Shown piece after piece: positions 35,231 through 49,616 of a stretch of 64,000 nucleotides of DNA. The notes beneath the pieces are model-generated. The model did no database searches and was not told the origin of the DNA. It saw only the letters and a list, made by a program, of their open reading frames with translations. The stretch lies in the NCBI GenBank assembly GCA_052327205.1, contig CM126208.1, forward strand, positions 268,336,001-268,400,000, written 5' to 3'. The translations under genes were made by a program, and so were the position numbers. The DNA is from Somniosus microcephalus. Its lineage: Eukaryota. The number at the start of each line of letters is the position of its first letter. Within the stretch, counting starts at the first letter, position 1.

Positions 35231-36859
35231 TGTATTTGATTCAAGGATCCATTCAAATGACATTAATACAAAATAAACAATCTTGCAGAGGAAGGGAATG
35301 TTTTGGACATACTTAAACACGCGAATCCCAAAGCAGCGAGTCCGCTCTCAGTGCAGGATCTCGCTCAGGTGCGGCGGTCACTGTGTCCGGATGATCGGGA
35401 GTGCAGCCGGCCGGTCAGTGCGCTAACCTCCCACTCGATTCACTGATCTGACAACACAAACTGAGAGCTCTGGGAATGCTCAGCAGGTCGGGCACCATCT
35501 GTGGAAAAACTGAGGCTTTAGTTCTTCCTCTGATCCAGATCTCTGTTAAGCAAGACACCTGCACCGCGAGTGTCTCGCAATGATGTCCTGCGGGTTAATG
35601 TTAATGTCGAATTGGAATATAGTTCAGCACAATATCTTGCTATGTTCATTAAAGCGAGGGAATGGTGTGCACAGTATTCTACCGTATGGTTAACCTGAGG
35701 TAAATTAGTCATAAAGTTCACTCTTCAACGGCTGAAGAGAAACACTGCCAAAATAAACAGTAATCAGCACGGGTAACTGAGCGTTAATTCTAAGTATAAA
35801 CATTACTTCTTACAAAGAATTAAAAAAAAAAATTCCTGGCAGATGTGCAGGGTTGTAATTTAACCTCACCATTCAATTCATGATGTCAGCGGAAACCTTT
35901 GATTCAGACTGCTGCTACCAGTCCAAAACACGTACCTGTGAAGTGCTGTGTGCAGCCAATAGACTGGAGTTATACTGCTAGCGGCGCATCGGTCCAGGTG
36001 GCAGTGAGGTCAGCCTGGTTGTTTAGATGCAGGCGCGAAGCTCTGTTCCCTGGACTGCTGGACTTTAATGTTAAAGACAGTGAGCAGGAGATTCTGAGTC
36101 TGCGCATGCCAGTAAAAGACTCCATACAAAGATATAAAAGGGCCCCCATGCCTTAAAAGACCCCCCCCCCCCTAACCTGCTGGTCACTCTTAAAATGTGG
36201 TTTCACATTGGGTGGGAGTTACACATGGAAACTCACTGGTGTGAGACGTGCCCCTGGTGAAAGGCCAACACAGCTTTGCCTTGGTGCAGTCGGGTGATGT
36301 TAAAGGTCCTGCCTAGGACACTGATACGGCATCATTGGCCACTGCTAACCATTTATTGGCTTTTATCCTGTTTATTAATTGATTTAGGTGCATATATATT
36401 TCAGCTTATATGTGTATAGGCTTACCTGTATATATGTATGGGCTTGTATGTATATAAACTTGTATGTAAATAATTATTGGTCTATGCAAATATATTTTTT
36501 GGTTAATGCGTGTATGTTTGTCGGCATGAATATTTATTTATTGGCCCGCGCCTGTATATTTATTGGCGTGTAAGTCTGTTGGCCGCGCCTGTAGGTTTGT
36601 TGTCCTGCATACAGAGCCTCGCCTGGGGCTCATACTGGAAACTCGTGCTCGTAACCCGTGACGACCTTTTGTGTTTTGGCATCTTGTAGAATTGTGGGCT
36701 GCACATACATGATCCCAATACGCAGCACTCCCAGAGGGCAAGGCTCCACACCAGGAACACCGGGAATCAGATGGTTCACCCTGTGATCACATGCGATCAA
36801 TCTCTGAACACGAGACAATCAACGTTTCATTGTATTCCCCTGAGGCTGCATCTGCTGCC

Positions 36860-37075
36860 TCTTGTTAGTTGCCCCGAGGGTATTGAGAGTTATCCGTGTG
36901 GTGTGGGGACTGGAGTCATGTGTAGGCCCGGACTGGGTAAGAACAGCAGGTTCCCTTCCCTGAAGGACATTAATGAACCAGTTGGGTTTTTAACGACGAT
37001 CTGGCAGTTTTTGTGGTAATTTTATCTGCCGCTAACCCACAGATTACCAGAATTATTGGGATTTGAACTCTCGAT
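36860..37075 (-). mobile_element. tRNA-derived SINE fragment (related copy at ~52205-52395, +)
   Basis: Shared core TAAAAACCCAACTGGTTCA(C/T)TAAT; B-box-like GAGTTCAAATCC. Confidence 0.55.
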
Positions 37076-37084
37076 CTCATAGAT

Positions 37085-37980
37085 ACATAGAAGATAGGAG
37101 CAGGAGTAGGCCATTCGGCCCTTCGAGCCTACTCTGCCATTCAATGAGATCATGGCTGATCATCCAAATTCAGTACCCTGTCCCTGCCTTCTCCCCATAT
37201 CCCTTTAGCCTCAAGAAATATATCCAACTCTTTCTTGAATATATTTAATGAACTAGCCTCCACTGCCCTCTGTGGCAGAGAATTCCACAGGTTCACCACT
37301 CTCTGGGTGAAGAAATTCCTCCTCATTTCAGTCCTAAATGGCTTACCCCTTATCCTTAGAATATGACCCCTGGTTCTGGACTCCCCGGCCATCAGAAACA
37401 TCCTTCCTGCATCTAGTCTGTCCAGACCTGCCAGAATTTTATAGGTTTCGATGAGATCCCCTCTCAATCTTCTAAACTCCAGTGAGTATAAGCCCAATCG
37501 ACACAATCTCTCCTCATACGTCATTCCTGCCATCCCAGGTATCAGCCTGGTGAATCTTCGCTGCACTCCCTCCATGGCAAGAACATCCTTCCTCAAGTAA
37601 GGTGACCAAAACTGCACACAATACTCAAGGTGCGGTCTCACCAAGGCCCTGTACAACTGTAGCAAGACATCCTTGTTCCTGTACTCGAACCCTCTTGCTA
37701 CGAAGGCCAACATACCATTTGCCTTCTTAACCGCCTGCTGCACCTGCATGCTTAACTTCAGCGACTGGTGCACAAGGACACCCAGGTCTCTTTGCACTTC
37801 CCCTTCTCCCAATCTATTGCCATTCAAATAATAATCTGCCTTCCTGTTTTTGCCACCAAAGTGGATAACCTCACATTTATCCACATTATAGTGCATTTGC
37901 CATGTTTCTGCCCAATCACCCAACCTGTCCAAATCGTACTGGAGTTTCACGACATCCTCCTCACAGCTTACCCTCCCACC
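37085..37980 (-). mobile_element. Young CR1 fragment (same family as 840-1875 and 52432-52775)
   Basis: 266-aa open RT C-terminal frame; near-identical to the other two copies. Confidence 0.95.
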
Positions 37981-38197
37981 CTCTCAGGACTGCTAGTTCA
38001 GTACCTGCAATATCATAACTTTGTGCAGATTACTTTTCTTGAGGTAAATTTATTTATAAAATTCTTGAGGTATATGATTTATTTAGGATACTTTTCTATC
38101 TAGTGTTTCACTGTATAATTGAGATGTATCTCTGCAACATCTTATTAAATATGTACTTTTTAAAAAGGAGAACATGCTTCTTTACTTCGGTCTCTGA

Positions 38198-38659
<462 letters not shown>

Positions 38660-40569
38660 TAAGTTGGCTCCTCAGTCAGTTACAGTGCCCCAAAGTTGTC
38701 TTAAAATATTAAAGATCTATTTGTAAAAGAAATGTCTTTGTTTCCCATCATGTGCCAATCGACTAGAATGCAACTGGTAGATTAAGTAGGAATGAACTAG
38801 GGCTGGTCCGGTCATCTCGGGGATGCTTTACAATGTCATCGGAACTCCTTGATTTCAGAGAGGGTGAAATGTGTTCAGGAAATGGAACATTTTGCAGGTT
38901 AAGGCCCCTGTATCAGTACCAAGCATTTCTAAAGTAGGATTATACAGAGAGTAATGCTTCCTCTACTCTGCTCCAACCCAAGACAATTAGCTCCAACTGT
39001 GGGACCTCCAGGAACTGGGTTGAGAGACTGTTTTAATTTTAGAAACCAGGAGCTGTTTTACTTCAATACATCAGTCTGGGTTGAGATGTGAACCCCAGTC
39101 TGGAGAGGTGAAAGCGAGTGTGCTAACTCACTCCACCACATCCATCCCAGCCTCCATCGTGATTCGACCCAACTCTTATTCCATCCCATGTGATCAAAAC
39201 TGCAGTTGTCAGGGAAAGTGATTCATTGCCAATGATTTTATTGCAACCAATTCTGCATGGGCATTTATCTGAGGAAAAACCATATTCCATTGGACCATAG
39301 GCCAGTTTATCCAATAGAGAGAGTGGGACAAAGCACCTTAAAGGGCTCTAGGAAGGTGGGTTTTATAATTACAGTGTCACGTGAGTTGTATGAATCTGTT
39401 AAGAGCTTATGGCTAACCATGAATAACTAAGAAAGGGAGTTATGAGGCATTATGAAACAGGGCTAGCAGTCATGTGTGTTTATTTACCAGGATATGACCC
39501 ATATCAAAATACCTAAAAATAAAACTGTGGGTATACCTCGTTAAATATAGGAACTGACACCTGCCAACTCGAAATTCTGGCCAATGGTCCCATCCTCTAG
39601 GGCACAGGGTAGATAAATAACGTGAATTATAATAATTGGATTAAAAGGGTGACCCAAATTCCCCTTCTGTGTCTAATTCACTGCTCACATGTCCCTTAGC
39701 ATTCATGGTGACTTGCCTAGATAAGCACAGGCTTGCACACACTGGCTATAAGCAGACAAGCCAACTGAGAAAACTAGCAAAAGCTGATGCACCCCCAGAA
39801 AACCTTCCTGCTGAAGAACAACCTTGAATATAGGCCTCATGACACATGAAAATAAATGATTGCACTGAAAGTGCAGCGGGACATGGACAGGTCATAGGTT
39901 AAGCTTAAGATGCACCCAACTTTTGATCACTTTTATTGTAGGTACACAAAAGCACAGTTGGTGAATTCAGAAATGACTGAATGGGGTGTGAGTCCTGCTG
40001 GTGTGAGGTTTATATCGAGAGGAATCTAAGGCCAAGTCCTCTCAGTGGATTTTAATTTTTGAAACTTTAATTGGTGTATTTTCTGGCATTCTTATAATTC
40101 TAACTTTCAATTTGAAACTAATTCCACCTGCAAGGGTTACAGATATTTTAAGGACTTCAATCCAACTTTAAAATAAATTAAAATAAACATGGCCAACAGA
40201 TGGATGGTGAAATAACAGATGGATGACACGGGATCACGTTTCAAATTTCTCCAGTGTTGCCACCAACGCTAACTGCCAGCCTAGGTCACACTTTTGCGAG
40301 AGATTTTTTACCCTTCTTTTGAAGTTTAAAACCATTGCTCGCTAATTCTTAAAAGTGCGCAACAATGTGGCTTCCAAGAACACGCATGAGGAGCTGGACC
40401 TGACTGACTGACTGTCCCTGGGCTGAGGGCGTCACTCTGAGTATTAATGTCACTCTTCACACTGTCTGCCAGTAGACACAGGATTAAAATGAATTTCACT
40501 TAGCACACGTTTTGTCACATGGAATGCCAAACTCTCGGAACCGCAGGTATCGCTCAGAGCTGCGTATCT

Positions 40570-40690
40570 ACATTGGCTGCCGCGTTTCCCACATTACAAC
40601 AGTGACTACACTTCAAGAGTACTTCATTGGCTGTGAAGTGCTTTGGGGCGTCCTGAGGTCATGAAAGGTGCTATATAAATGCAAGTTTTT
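40570..40690 (+). mobile_element. DeuSINE 3' tail
   Basis: ATTGGCTGCCGCGTTTCCCACATTACAACAGTG...TATATAAATGCAAG. Confidence 0.75.
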
Positions 40691-42009
40691 TAAAATATAT
40701 ATTCCTACAGCATTGCTTTTGAGATATATCTCCTGTTATATATAAAATAGCTCAACAAGTACTCGGTAGGATGATGTCATGGGCATGAAGTAATGGGAGC
40801 TGGTGAGTAGCTGAGGGACGTTCAAAGGTACAATGATTGCTCATAGTTAGTGCTTCCTGCTTCCTTTCTTGGCGTGAATGAACACTGTTCCACTGAGAAC
40901 ATAGGGATATTCAGCCTACTCGGGGCAGGCTGGGGCAAGAAGTGTGGTTTTGGAGACCTCCTTTATTTATTCTGTATCGGGGCGGGGGAGGGGGGAACCA
41001 CAATTACTGCAAAACAATTTATCACAGCTCAGCCGTGAAGTGAGGCCAGTGTTGAGGGGACGTGAGATCATGCTGCTAGAGCCACTCCCTGTTCTCACAT
41101 AGAACTGTTCGCTTGTTGATGGAGACTGAGGCAGAGAGAGAGAGAGCCCAGGCGGCAGCGATTGTGGGTGAAGTTAGATTTTCTCTCTCTGCGCTGATAG
41201 CACTGACCTTGTGACACTGTGTGGGTCTCTAAACCCCCCGTGGGTTGGTTAGAGATGACTGTGCAGCACAGAAACTGGCTTTAAATGAAACTAAGAATAT
41301 TGTGCATGTTTGGTGACTAAAGGCATACCCGTATTGCTGCATTCTGTCCAATTTCACCTCTGCAATTTAAAAATAACGGTTGCAAGAGGATAAATAAAAT
41401 GCCATTCATTTGCAGCTGCTAAATATAACTGCCATCGCATTTCCTTGCGAAATGCCAGCACCGGGGCTGGGTCACTTTCTACAAAGGTAACCTACTAAAG
41501 CCAGACAGAAATTATTACCCAATATTGCACAAACCCATTAGTGTCATTTTGGGAATTGAAACATGAACCTTGGGATGGTGAGGGGTGGGGGGGTGGGGAA
41601 CAGAGTTTGTTTTCTTTGATGTTAGACTGATGAATAGAAGCTTTTATACACTCAGTATCTCGGCTGGGTTGTCTGTGCCAGAACTAACTTTCTGTAGTTG
41701 GACTGAGTCGAGCGAGGAAAAGGAATCTCTTACCATTTGTTGCAAACTGGAAGCATGGTTTTCATACCTATAAGTTGACAACTGCATTCAGCCCAATCTC
41801 ATCAATTTAGTAAAAAAAAACCTTTGAAATGCCAGTGTGCTGAATATATAAGAACTTCATTCAGTTTAACCCTTACATCACAAGAAAAATTTAAAAGATT
41901 AATTTTTCTGTTATTTATATTTAAGTATTCAGTTCTGTCGTTCAGCCTTAATCTAAAACTGATTTAGATACTCAAGGCATTTGAGGTCATTTTCTAATGT
42001 AACATTATT

Positions 42010-42455
42010 GCTTGTGCTCATCCATGCCTGTTACCTCTAGACTTGACTATTCCAACGCATTCCTGGCTGGCCTCCCATGTTCTACCCTATGTAAACTTGA
42101 GGTCATCCAAAACACTGCTGCCTGTGTCCTAACTCGCTCCAAGTCCCGTTCACCCATTGCCCCTGTGCTCGCTGACCTACATTGGCTCTCAGTTAAGCAA
42201 CGACTCGATTTAAAAATTCTCATCCTTGTTCTCAAATCCCTCCATGGCCTCACCCCTCCCCATCACTGTAACCTCCTCCAGCCCCACAACCCTCCAAGAT
42301 TGCTGCACTCCTCCAATTCTGGCCTGAGATCCCTGATTTTAATCGCTCCACCATTGCCGGCCGTGCCTTCAGCTGCCTAGGCCCTCAGCTCTGGCATTCC
42401 CTCCCTAAACCTTGCTTCCTCCCTCTCTCTCCTCCTTTAAGACACTCCTTAAAAC
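42010..42455 (+). mobile_element. L2 LINE 3' fragment
   Basis: VTSRLDYSNAFLAGLP..IQNTAACVLT..IAPVLADLHWL.VKQR. Confidence 0.9.
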
Positions 42456-42769
42456 CAGGGGTTGGGAGAGGGGTTTGGGGTGGGGCTCGGACAAGGGTCT
42501 ATAGAGGGATCGAATGCTTGCACTTCAGCAGAGGGAAGGCTTGAACCAACATTGCAAATTAATCCTCACCTCATTAGACCATTCGTGATACAAATATATT
42601 TCAGTGGCCATCAGATCGAGGATTTGAACACATTTCTATCGAGTTGTTAGAAACTGGTAAATTAGTAATGCAATCTTCTACATTCCATGAATACCACAAC
42701 TCATTTACAGCTGAAAGCTAAATGCAAGATAAGCCAGTCAATGCTAATCTTGTTTATTTTTTTTTACAG

Positions 42770-44022
42770 ATGAAACAGAGGGACATGTCGACTATGAAGA
42801 CAAGTTCCCCGATGAAGACTCCATGTCATTTCCAGAGCCTAACGAGGAGCAGGATAAAGTCATCGTTTCTGAAGATGGTGCGGAAGGTATGGACGATGAA
42901 TTAGACAAGGGAACGGATGGCTCGATAGGAGAAGGTAGCCGAGAAACACTACAGCCAACTGAATCACCAGTCTCATTACTCAGCCAGAAACACCTGTTTT
43001 GGTTCCCCTCTGAGGCCTTTCCTGACATTGAGCAGCCCGACACCAAGAAACCAGGTGTGGAGTCCAAAATCCAAATTACTTCAAGTGATAATCAAATTGG
43101 AGTAAAGACTGATAGTACCGGAGGGGTCCAAACAGCTGAAGATGACGACTTGCCTGTTGAACCATCCATTGTGCACAACGAGACTAAAGTTACGAAGGAA
43201 ACAGTGGCCAGTACGGATGAATCGTGGGTAGATGGCTATCCCATTGCATCAGAAACCGAAGAGGAAGGTGAGAAGGTTGATGGATCGTTGGAAACCGAGG
43301 ATGAAACTGTTGTCACCACAGATCATTCCAACCATGTTGAGATCAGCAGGGCAGACACGCCAAGCACAACCTCGGTCCCTCACTACACACAGATCATAAC
43401 TGCACCAACTGGGATGCCTGACCAAGGTGTTAAAGAAGTGGACATAGGCTTAACACCAACCACAGCACCTGAAAATGTCAGTGCCAGTAAAGCTATTGAA
43501 GAGGCCAAGTTCTACACAACCACGCTCTCGGGTATAGGCACCGAGGGGTCATGGAAATCCTCTGATGCAATTACTGAACCTTCACAGTCTGCCACAAGCA
43601 TTGTAGAAACAGTAAGTGACAGTTTCTATCCTGTAGATCATGCCCCAGTCCCCACAGAAATAGCTGAGATTTCAACCCATTATACTTTGACTTCAGGCAC
43701 GCTTGAAGCAAGTACTCAGACTTCGTTGGATTTTACAGAAATAGACACATATGATGGCTTCACCAAAAGAGAGAACTTCAGCGACGGCACTGAGGCCAAA
43801 CTGCTCCCCACCATTGAAAGCTGCAGGGGCGGGGACTGCTCGAGCTCAAGCAAAGGCCCCATCATCGCCATCATCGTCACGGTGATTGGTCTGCTCGTAC
43901 TGGCAGCTATCCTGGCTGTGTGGTGCTACAAACGCAGACACCAGAAAACATCAGTGTATGAGATGAACGGGAAGGGGCAGGTGAGACGTCGTGAGCACAT
44001 CGAAATGCAGCAGAAAGTGTAA
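42770..44022 (+). CDS. SUSD5: SUSD5 terminal exon 5 (acidic/Ser-Thr-rich stalk, TM helix, cytoplasmic tail)
   Basis: Acceptor tttttttttacag; DETEGHVDYEDKFPDEDS...LLSQKHLFWFPSEAF...TM IIAIIVTVIGLLVLAAILAVWCY...IEMQQKV*, TAA at 44020-44022. Confidence 0.95.
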
Positions 44023-44678
44023 TCGGAAAACCCGCTTATTGAGGGAGGCGCCACCATCACAGGGGCGACATCCAGAACTGACCCATCTTAAATGGGAAGC
44101 ATTGCGATACCGCATGAGTTGTCTTAATTCTAATACGCTTTGAATAATCAACGTTACAGAGAAGTTTGCTTAAAATACCTGGAAAATGCAGAATGACCAC
44201 TGAGTTTAATCAGTCAAGCACAGATAGGAGGGGAGGGTGGAACCCTTTTCCAATGGAAGATGAATGTAGCATTGACCCTCTTTGTAGGGACGCAGTCTCA
44301 CTGGGTTTGCGACGGGGGCCGTTATAAATTAGCCTAGACATTCACACGGGAATCTTGTAAAAGGGAGGGTGGGAACTTTAAGTGGATGCTGCCCAGGAAC
44401 ATGTAAAGATTTGTAAATAATTTCTATTTAGGTTCTGTGTCAGTTTGCATATGTTTAACTATAATGTAATCTTAAACTATTGTAACTAATCAAAACAAAC
44501 GTTACTTCTAAAGAAAACGCAAATGCGTACAATAGGTGGAAACTTCCTACATATTTATTCCATTTTTATATGCAACCACCTTTTGCTAAATGACTTCAAA
44601 CTGCTCTGAAAAATGCCTACAAGGGAATGAGATCTCATTTTCCATAAAATGTGGTCGGCTTATGTGTGGGGCCACTTA

Positions 44679-44688
44679 AATAAATAAA
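44679..44688 (+). terminator. Candidate SUSD5 polyadenylation signal (overlapping AATAAA x2)
   Basis: AATAAATAAA about 660 nt after the stop, followed by T-rich sequence. Confidence 0.6.
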
Positions 44689-44723
44689 TCAATGTAATCT
44701 TTTCAGAAAAGGTTAAAAACATT

Positions 44724-44729
44724 TTTATT
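44724..44729 (-). terminator. Candidate CRTAP polyadenylation signal
   Basis: TTTATT on + = AATAAA on -; alternatives at 45780-45785 and 44554-44559. Confidence 0.4.
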
Positions 44730-46629
44730 AGTTTTAAGGCACCAAGTCAGTTGTACAGATTCTTATCCAATTTTTTTTTTTTTTTAAACATATTTGAACA
44801 CAATGGCTGTAGTGTAAAAAGAAAGATTAATACTGTTACATTGACATGATTCATGAAAGAAGCAAGATTTACCGCAAGAACATTGCAGTTCACAGTCAAC
44901 ATAGGATGAGCTAAGAAGCAGAAAGACTCGGGATCATATCACAGGGACAGAGAGGGGGTGGGGGTGTTACTGTGTGAGAGCAGTGAGCGATTGACCTTCC
45001 ACTTCATACTTTGTCTGACAATCTGCTTTAAATTATCAACAATAAATCTGTCAAAAATATTCAGTGTTATTTCTTTTCTGTTTGTTCGGTTTAGATTATT
45101 CGTAAAAAGACAGTTTGTGACCAGAGGTAAATATGGAAAGAATTTAAGGGCAAGCTCGGAGGGGTTTTTTTGGTCGCGGTGGCTGGAAGTGGCCGACAAA
45201 GGTTTGCATTATGTGATTCTCAGTAATACACACCGCCTCGCAATTTGAAATGGCATCGGATTTACTTTTTTTTTCCCCCCCCCTTAAACCATCTTTAGGG
45301 CCATAAAGGTTGCAGATTATTCAGGTTATCAAAGCGACGGTTGTTTTGTGAGAATCTCTAATCGTTCAGTGAGTTTAAAGAGTTGAAGGGAACGCTACAC
45401 TGGGTTATTCAAGTCGCGAGTCACAGTGTAAAAGGAGTTGCTGTTTCAGGCATGGCTTGCAACCAAGTGTCCAGGAGCAGGGCAGCTGCACTGAAGGATT
45501 AGTTGTGGGTTTTTCGCACTGACTCGCTACAAACGGCATCAAGGGTCTATGTTCAAACATTAATAAATGAGTCAATGTTTTCTCTGGCGTCGAGGCAGCA
45601 TAGCTAGCGGGAGCCCGAGGCAAAGTACGAAACAAGTTTGGTTCAAGCTCTTGCAATAGAATTATCAATACACATTTCTGAATTTCCCACCTGTATAATT
45701 CTCAGTCACATATTTAAACAAAAATAATTTTACCCAAACTTTGCCCAATAACTTACAGAAAACATTCCCCCTTTTGGTGTTTATTAAGAACCTGACTAAG
45801 ACTCACACACAGTCCCATTCTAAATATGGGGATTTCCCAATATTTTTAAATGGGGTTCCTGCCACCAATCAGCATAAATGGCATCTCCATGGTTTCCACC
45901 CCCTCAAAATTGTCCGCCGATATTTCTAAATTATTATCCTTCACATCTAGCTGGATTAAAAGTATGAACAACGATCAGTGACTGATGCCCCAGCAATCAG
46001 CAGCATGAGCCCAGGGAGTGGATTTTGCTCAGAGAGACTGCACCCAAGAACCAGTTCTCCTCCGGCCAAGCACAACATAAGCTTGGGGCTGATCCGGGAC
46101 AACATTCAGCAGTGAAACCCACCCCGAGTTTGTACAGAAACAAAACAGAAAGAACGTTAGTTAAAGATACTACATGCCGTCTGTGTGCCAGTGTCTTTAA
46201 ACATCATTTTAGATTCTGTAGGAAAAAAGAGAATAAAAATCCTTTTAAGGAAAGAGCTAGTCATTCTACCAATAAAAACACACAATACTCCAACAGTGTC
46301 AGGGTAGCAGCCTAGGAGAAGGCGGAGCTAGTGATGATGCAATGGTTTTCAGCCGTAGAAACTATTTCTGATTTAGTTTGGAGAAAAAATGAATTGAAGG
46401 ACAAACTAGCACAGTGGTGGCTAAATGCAAAACGGGGCAAAACCTAAAAGGATTTCTGTTAAATAACAAAAGGCACATCTTTGAAAGAAAATTACAGGGC
46501 TGCCACGCAGAAACACAGTTCAGGGTTTGCAGAAAGTGTCCCGAGTTGAGGCAGCTGCAGAAACCGATTAATTATGGATTTTTCACCGTTTTACCACTTT
46601 TTTGTGCAGATTTTGTTCCGTTGCTGAGA

Positions 46630-46689
46630 TTAGCTGTCCGGTGCTTCTGGTGCTTCCAGAAGGTCGTCAATATATTCCAGTACTTCACC
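46630..46689 (-). CDS. CRTAP: CRTAP terminal coding exon
   Basis: Minus strand ttttcctgtgtag|GGT GAA...AGC TAA; GEVLEYIDDLLEAPEAPDS*, matching the CRTAP C-terminus pattern (GEVVEYVDDLLE...). Confidence 0.93.
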   Translation of the reverse strand, partial: GEVLEYIDDLLEAPEAPDS

Positions 46690-47184
46690 CTACACAGGAA
46701 AAGCAAACATTAGCTCTCGGACTGCAGCCCGACACACATTATAATTCTAGGTTCATTCACCGTTAGCCGTACTGCAAAATGACCAACTTATACACACACT
46801 GATCCAGTTTTGTTCTTCCTGTGAAATAATAGTTTTTGTTCTTAAACAAACCATCAAAATTTCTCAATTTTTGAACATATTTCTTCTATTTAATCCTGCA
46901 GTGACATTTATTTGCAATGAAGAAATACTCTGAAATCACGGTGTGCAGGGCTGGGAAAGCACAGTTCAGTCACTTCCCACTGAAGGCAATTCGTTGCAAA
47001 TCACACACTCAATTTCCACAATTCCAACAAATATGAAAGATTGTAGTTTATAGTCAAATGTGGCGCACACACATTTGCTGATTTCATTTTACATCACAGT
47101 CGGTTATGGATTAATCACATACCTTAAAATTCAGCTATCAAAATCCTTGAAATATTTAGTTAAAATCTATTCTCTAATTATATA

Positions 47185-47980
47185 ATAGCAAAATAGTGCA
47201 GGTGCTGGAAATCTGAAACAGAAAGTGCTGGGAAACATAAGAAATAGGAGCAGGAGTAGGCCAATCGGCCCCTCGAGCCTGCTCCGCCATTCAATAAGAT
47301 CATGGCTGATCTGATCCTAACCGCCAATCTACTATCACAGAACCATCTCCTGAATCGAACAGAATTAGACACACGAAATAGGAGCAGGATCAGGCTACAC
47401 GGCCCCTGGGCCCGCTCCGCTACCCACAGGGCCGTGTCCGATCCGAACCTAGACTCATGTCCAAATTCCTGCCCGCTCCCCGTAACCCTTAATTCACTTT
47501 ACTTCTAGGAAACTGTCTATTTCTGTTTTAAATTTATGTAATGATGTAGCTTCTACAGCTTTTTGGGGCAGCATATTCCATGGACCTACCACCCTCTGAG
47601 TGGAGTAGTTCCTCCTCATCTCAGTTTTGAAAGAGCAGCCCCTTATTCTAAGACTATGCCCCCTAGTTCTAGTTTCATCCATCATCGGGAACATCTTCCC
47701 TGCATCCACCCGATCCAACCCCTTCACAATCTTATATGTTTCAATAAGATCGCCTCTCATTCTTCTGAACTCCAATGATTAGAGTCCCAATCTACTCAAC
47801 CTCTCCTCTCATGGCCATCCCCTCATCCCCGGGATTAACCGAGTGAACCTTCTTTGTACTGACTCGAGAGCAAGTATGTCCTTTCTTAAGCATTGAAGGG
47901 TTCGACCCGAAACATTGACTCTGTTTCTCTCTCCTTGATGCCGCCTGACCTGCTGAGTGTTTCCAGCACTTTGTTGTTAT
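47185..47980. mobile_element. Penelope family B palindrome enclosing a CR1 3' fragment (47235-47890, minus)
   Basis: Left arm 47185-47234; right part with partial hammerhead GGGTTCGACCCGAAACATT at ~47897; TAATTATAT on both flanks; inner ORF EFRRMRGDLIETYKI... Confidence 0.7.
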
Positions 47981-49616
47981 CTCTGTAATTATATGTTGTT
48001 TTCAGATCTTGTGCTTTATTTTGGATTGTACTCTCTACATCATTAGCACATATCTGCCCAACTCAACAGGACAGCAGAGATGATTAAATATTTGCCCAAA
48101 AATATAAACTGCACGTGTGAGCTAACGCCACATGATACATGTGAAATTTCATACGTGACTATATTGTGTCTCTGCATCAAAAAGAGGCCAGTGAAAAAGA
48201 TACTGCACCTGTTCTTAAACTTTTGAGAAAATGTAGTTTTGAATACCAATGGCATAGCTCATTGATACAGATTTTAAATAAAAAGTGAGACAGTGTTACA
48301 AATAGTTATTACGCTGAACTCTATCCTGGATTAAAGGTGATAAGTGTTACAAATGACGGTTAAATTAGTCGTCTCTCTGTGCAATCCAGGCTACAGTTCC
48401 CATTATGGGCAGCTTCAAGTAATTGTTGAGAGCGCAGGGTGTAGAATAAATGAGATCAGATCATTAGACTCTCTGAGCTACAGCATTGCCTGGAATAAGA
48501 GTAAAACCCAAAACCTGTCAGCGCTATTGATTCAACAAATACTCTTGCAGTGATGGGATGAGCATGGATTCCTGTTCGTAACTAGGTCTCCCTTTACTGT
48601 CTAAAAGAAAAAACACATCAAAAATAAATTGTGATGACCCAAGTATAAAATATTTATGGGATTAGAATCCACTTTTGTAAGTAATTCATTAAATGTTCAA
48701 TACTGGCAATTTTGAGATTTATTGAAATGTTCCAGAGGAAGAAGGAGATTCACGTTGCTTCGCTCTAGAGCTAGTTGACCTGACCTCTGGGTCTACACAA
48801 CACAAGTGAGAAGTGGCAGCCTAAGAATTAGGAGCAGGAGTAGGCCATACTGAGCTTGCTCTGCCATTCAATAAGATCCTGGAAAGTGCTCCACACCAAC
48901 ACTAAACTCGAAGCGTAACCATACCCATAGTTAGCTGTGTTTTATGGTGCAGTCACACTGTACGTCTAACTTTGGTACAAAGTGGTTTGCGCTTCAGACC
49001 GAAGCTTCAACTTGGAGTGTAAATTGGGTATCGAGGCCCAAACTGCCTCTGAAGTAAAGCAGAGTGGGACTGCTTTCTCGACTGAGTCTCACTCCTCTTC
49101 GGTCCAGTGACTCTGGATTCAGGCTGCAGTCGCACTGCAACTGGTGTGCAACAAAGCCACTTCTCATTGACACTATAGTGTGAACGCAGCCTACATTAAG
49201 TATCTTCCATCGTACACTCAGATTAAACTAGGATTGATCCTGTTAAGTAACAAATATACTCTCCCACTGAACAGCAGTTAAAACCATGAGCAGTTACTCC
49301 AAACTATGCCAATTAAACCCAAGACTACACTAAAAAAGAATATTTTGGTCAGAACATATTCTCAGGGTCATCTAAATATGTCCAACTTTCCTTTCATGTC
49401 TTGTCTTAGTGTAAGATGGTAATTACACACTGTATGTTTAGCACCTATACTAGCAGTTTCATGCTACTGTTAGACTTTAGTAGTGTTCTTGCAAGCAAAC
49501 AGGGATATCTTCACATACATGAGAAATATGTGCCCAATATATAGACTGTGGGGTAAGAAGTGTTTTATGTACATTTTGTCATGCTGTCACCATTAGTTAC
49601 ATTTATCACAATAGCT

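Noticed and set aside
37150-37950. 266-aa ORF as a host gene
   Set aside because: C-terminal part of CR1 reverse transcriptase, 5'-truncated, with near-identical copies in the window
42823-44022. 399-aa single-exon gene as listed in the ORF track
   Set aside because: It is the terminal exon of SUSD5; the true exon starts at the acceptor at 42770
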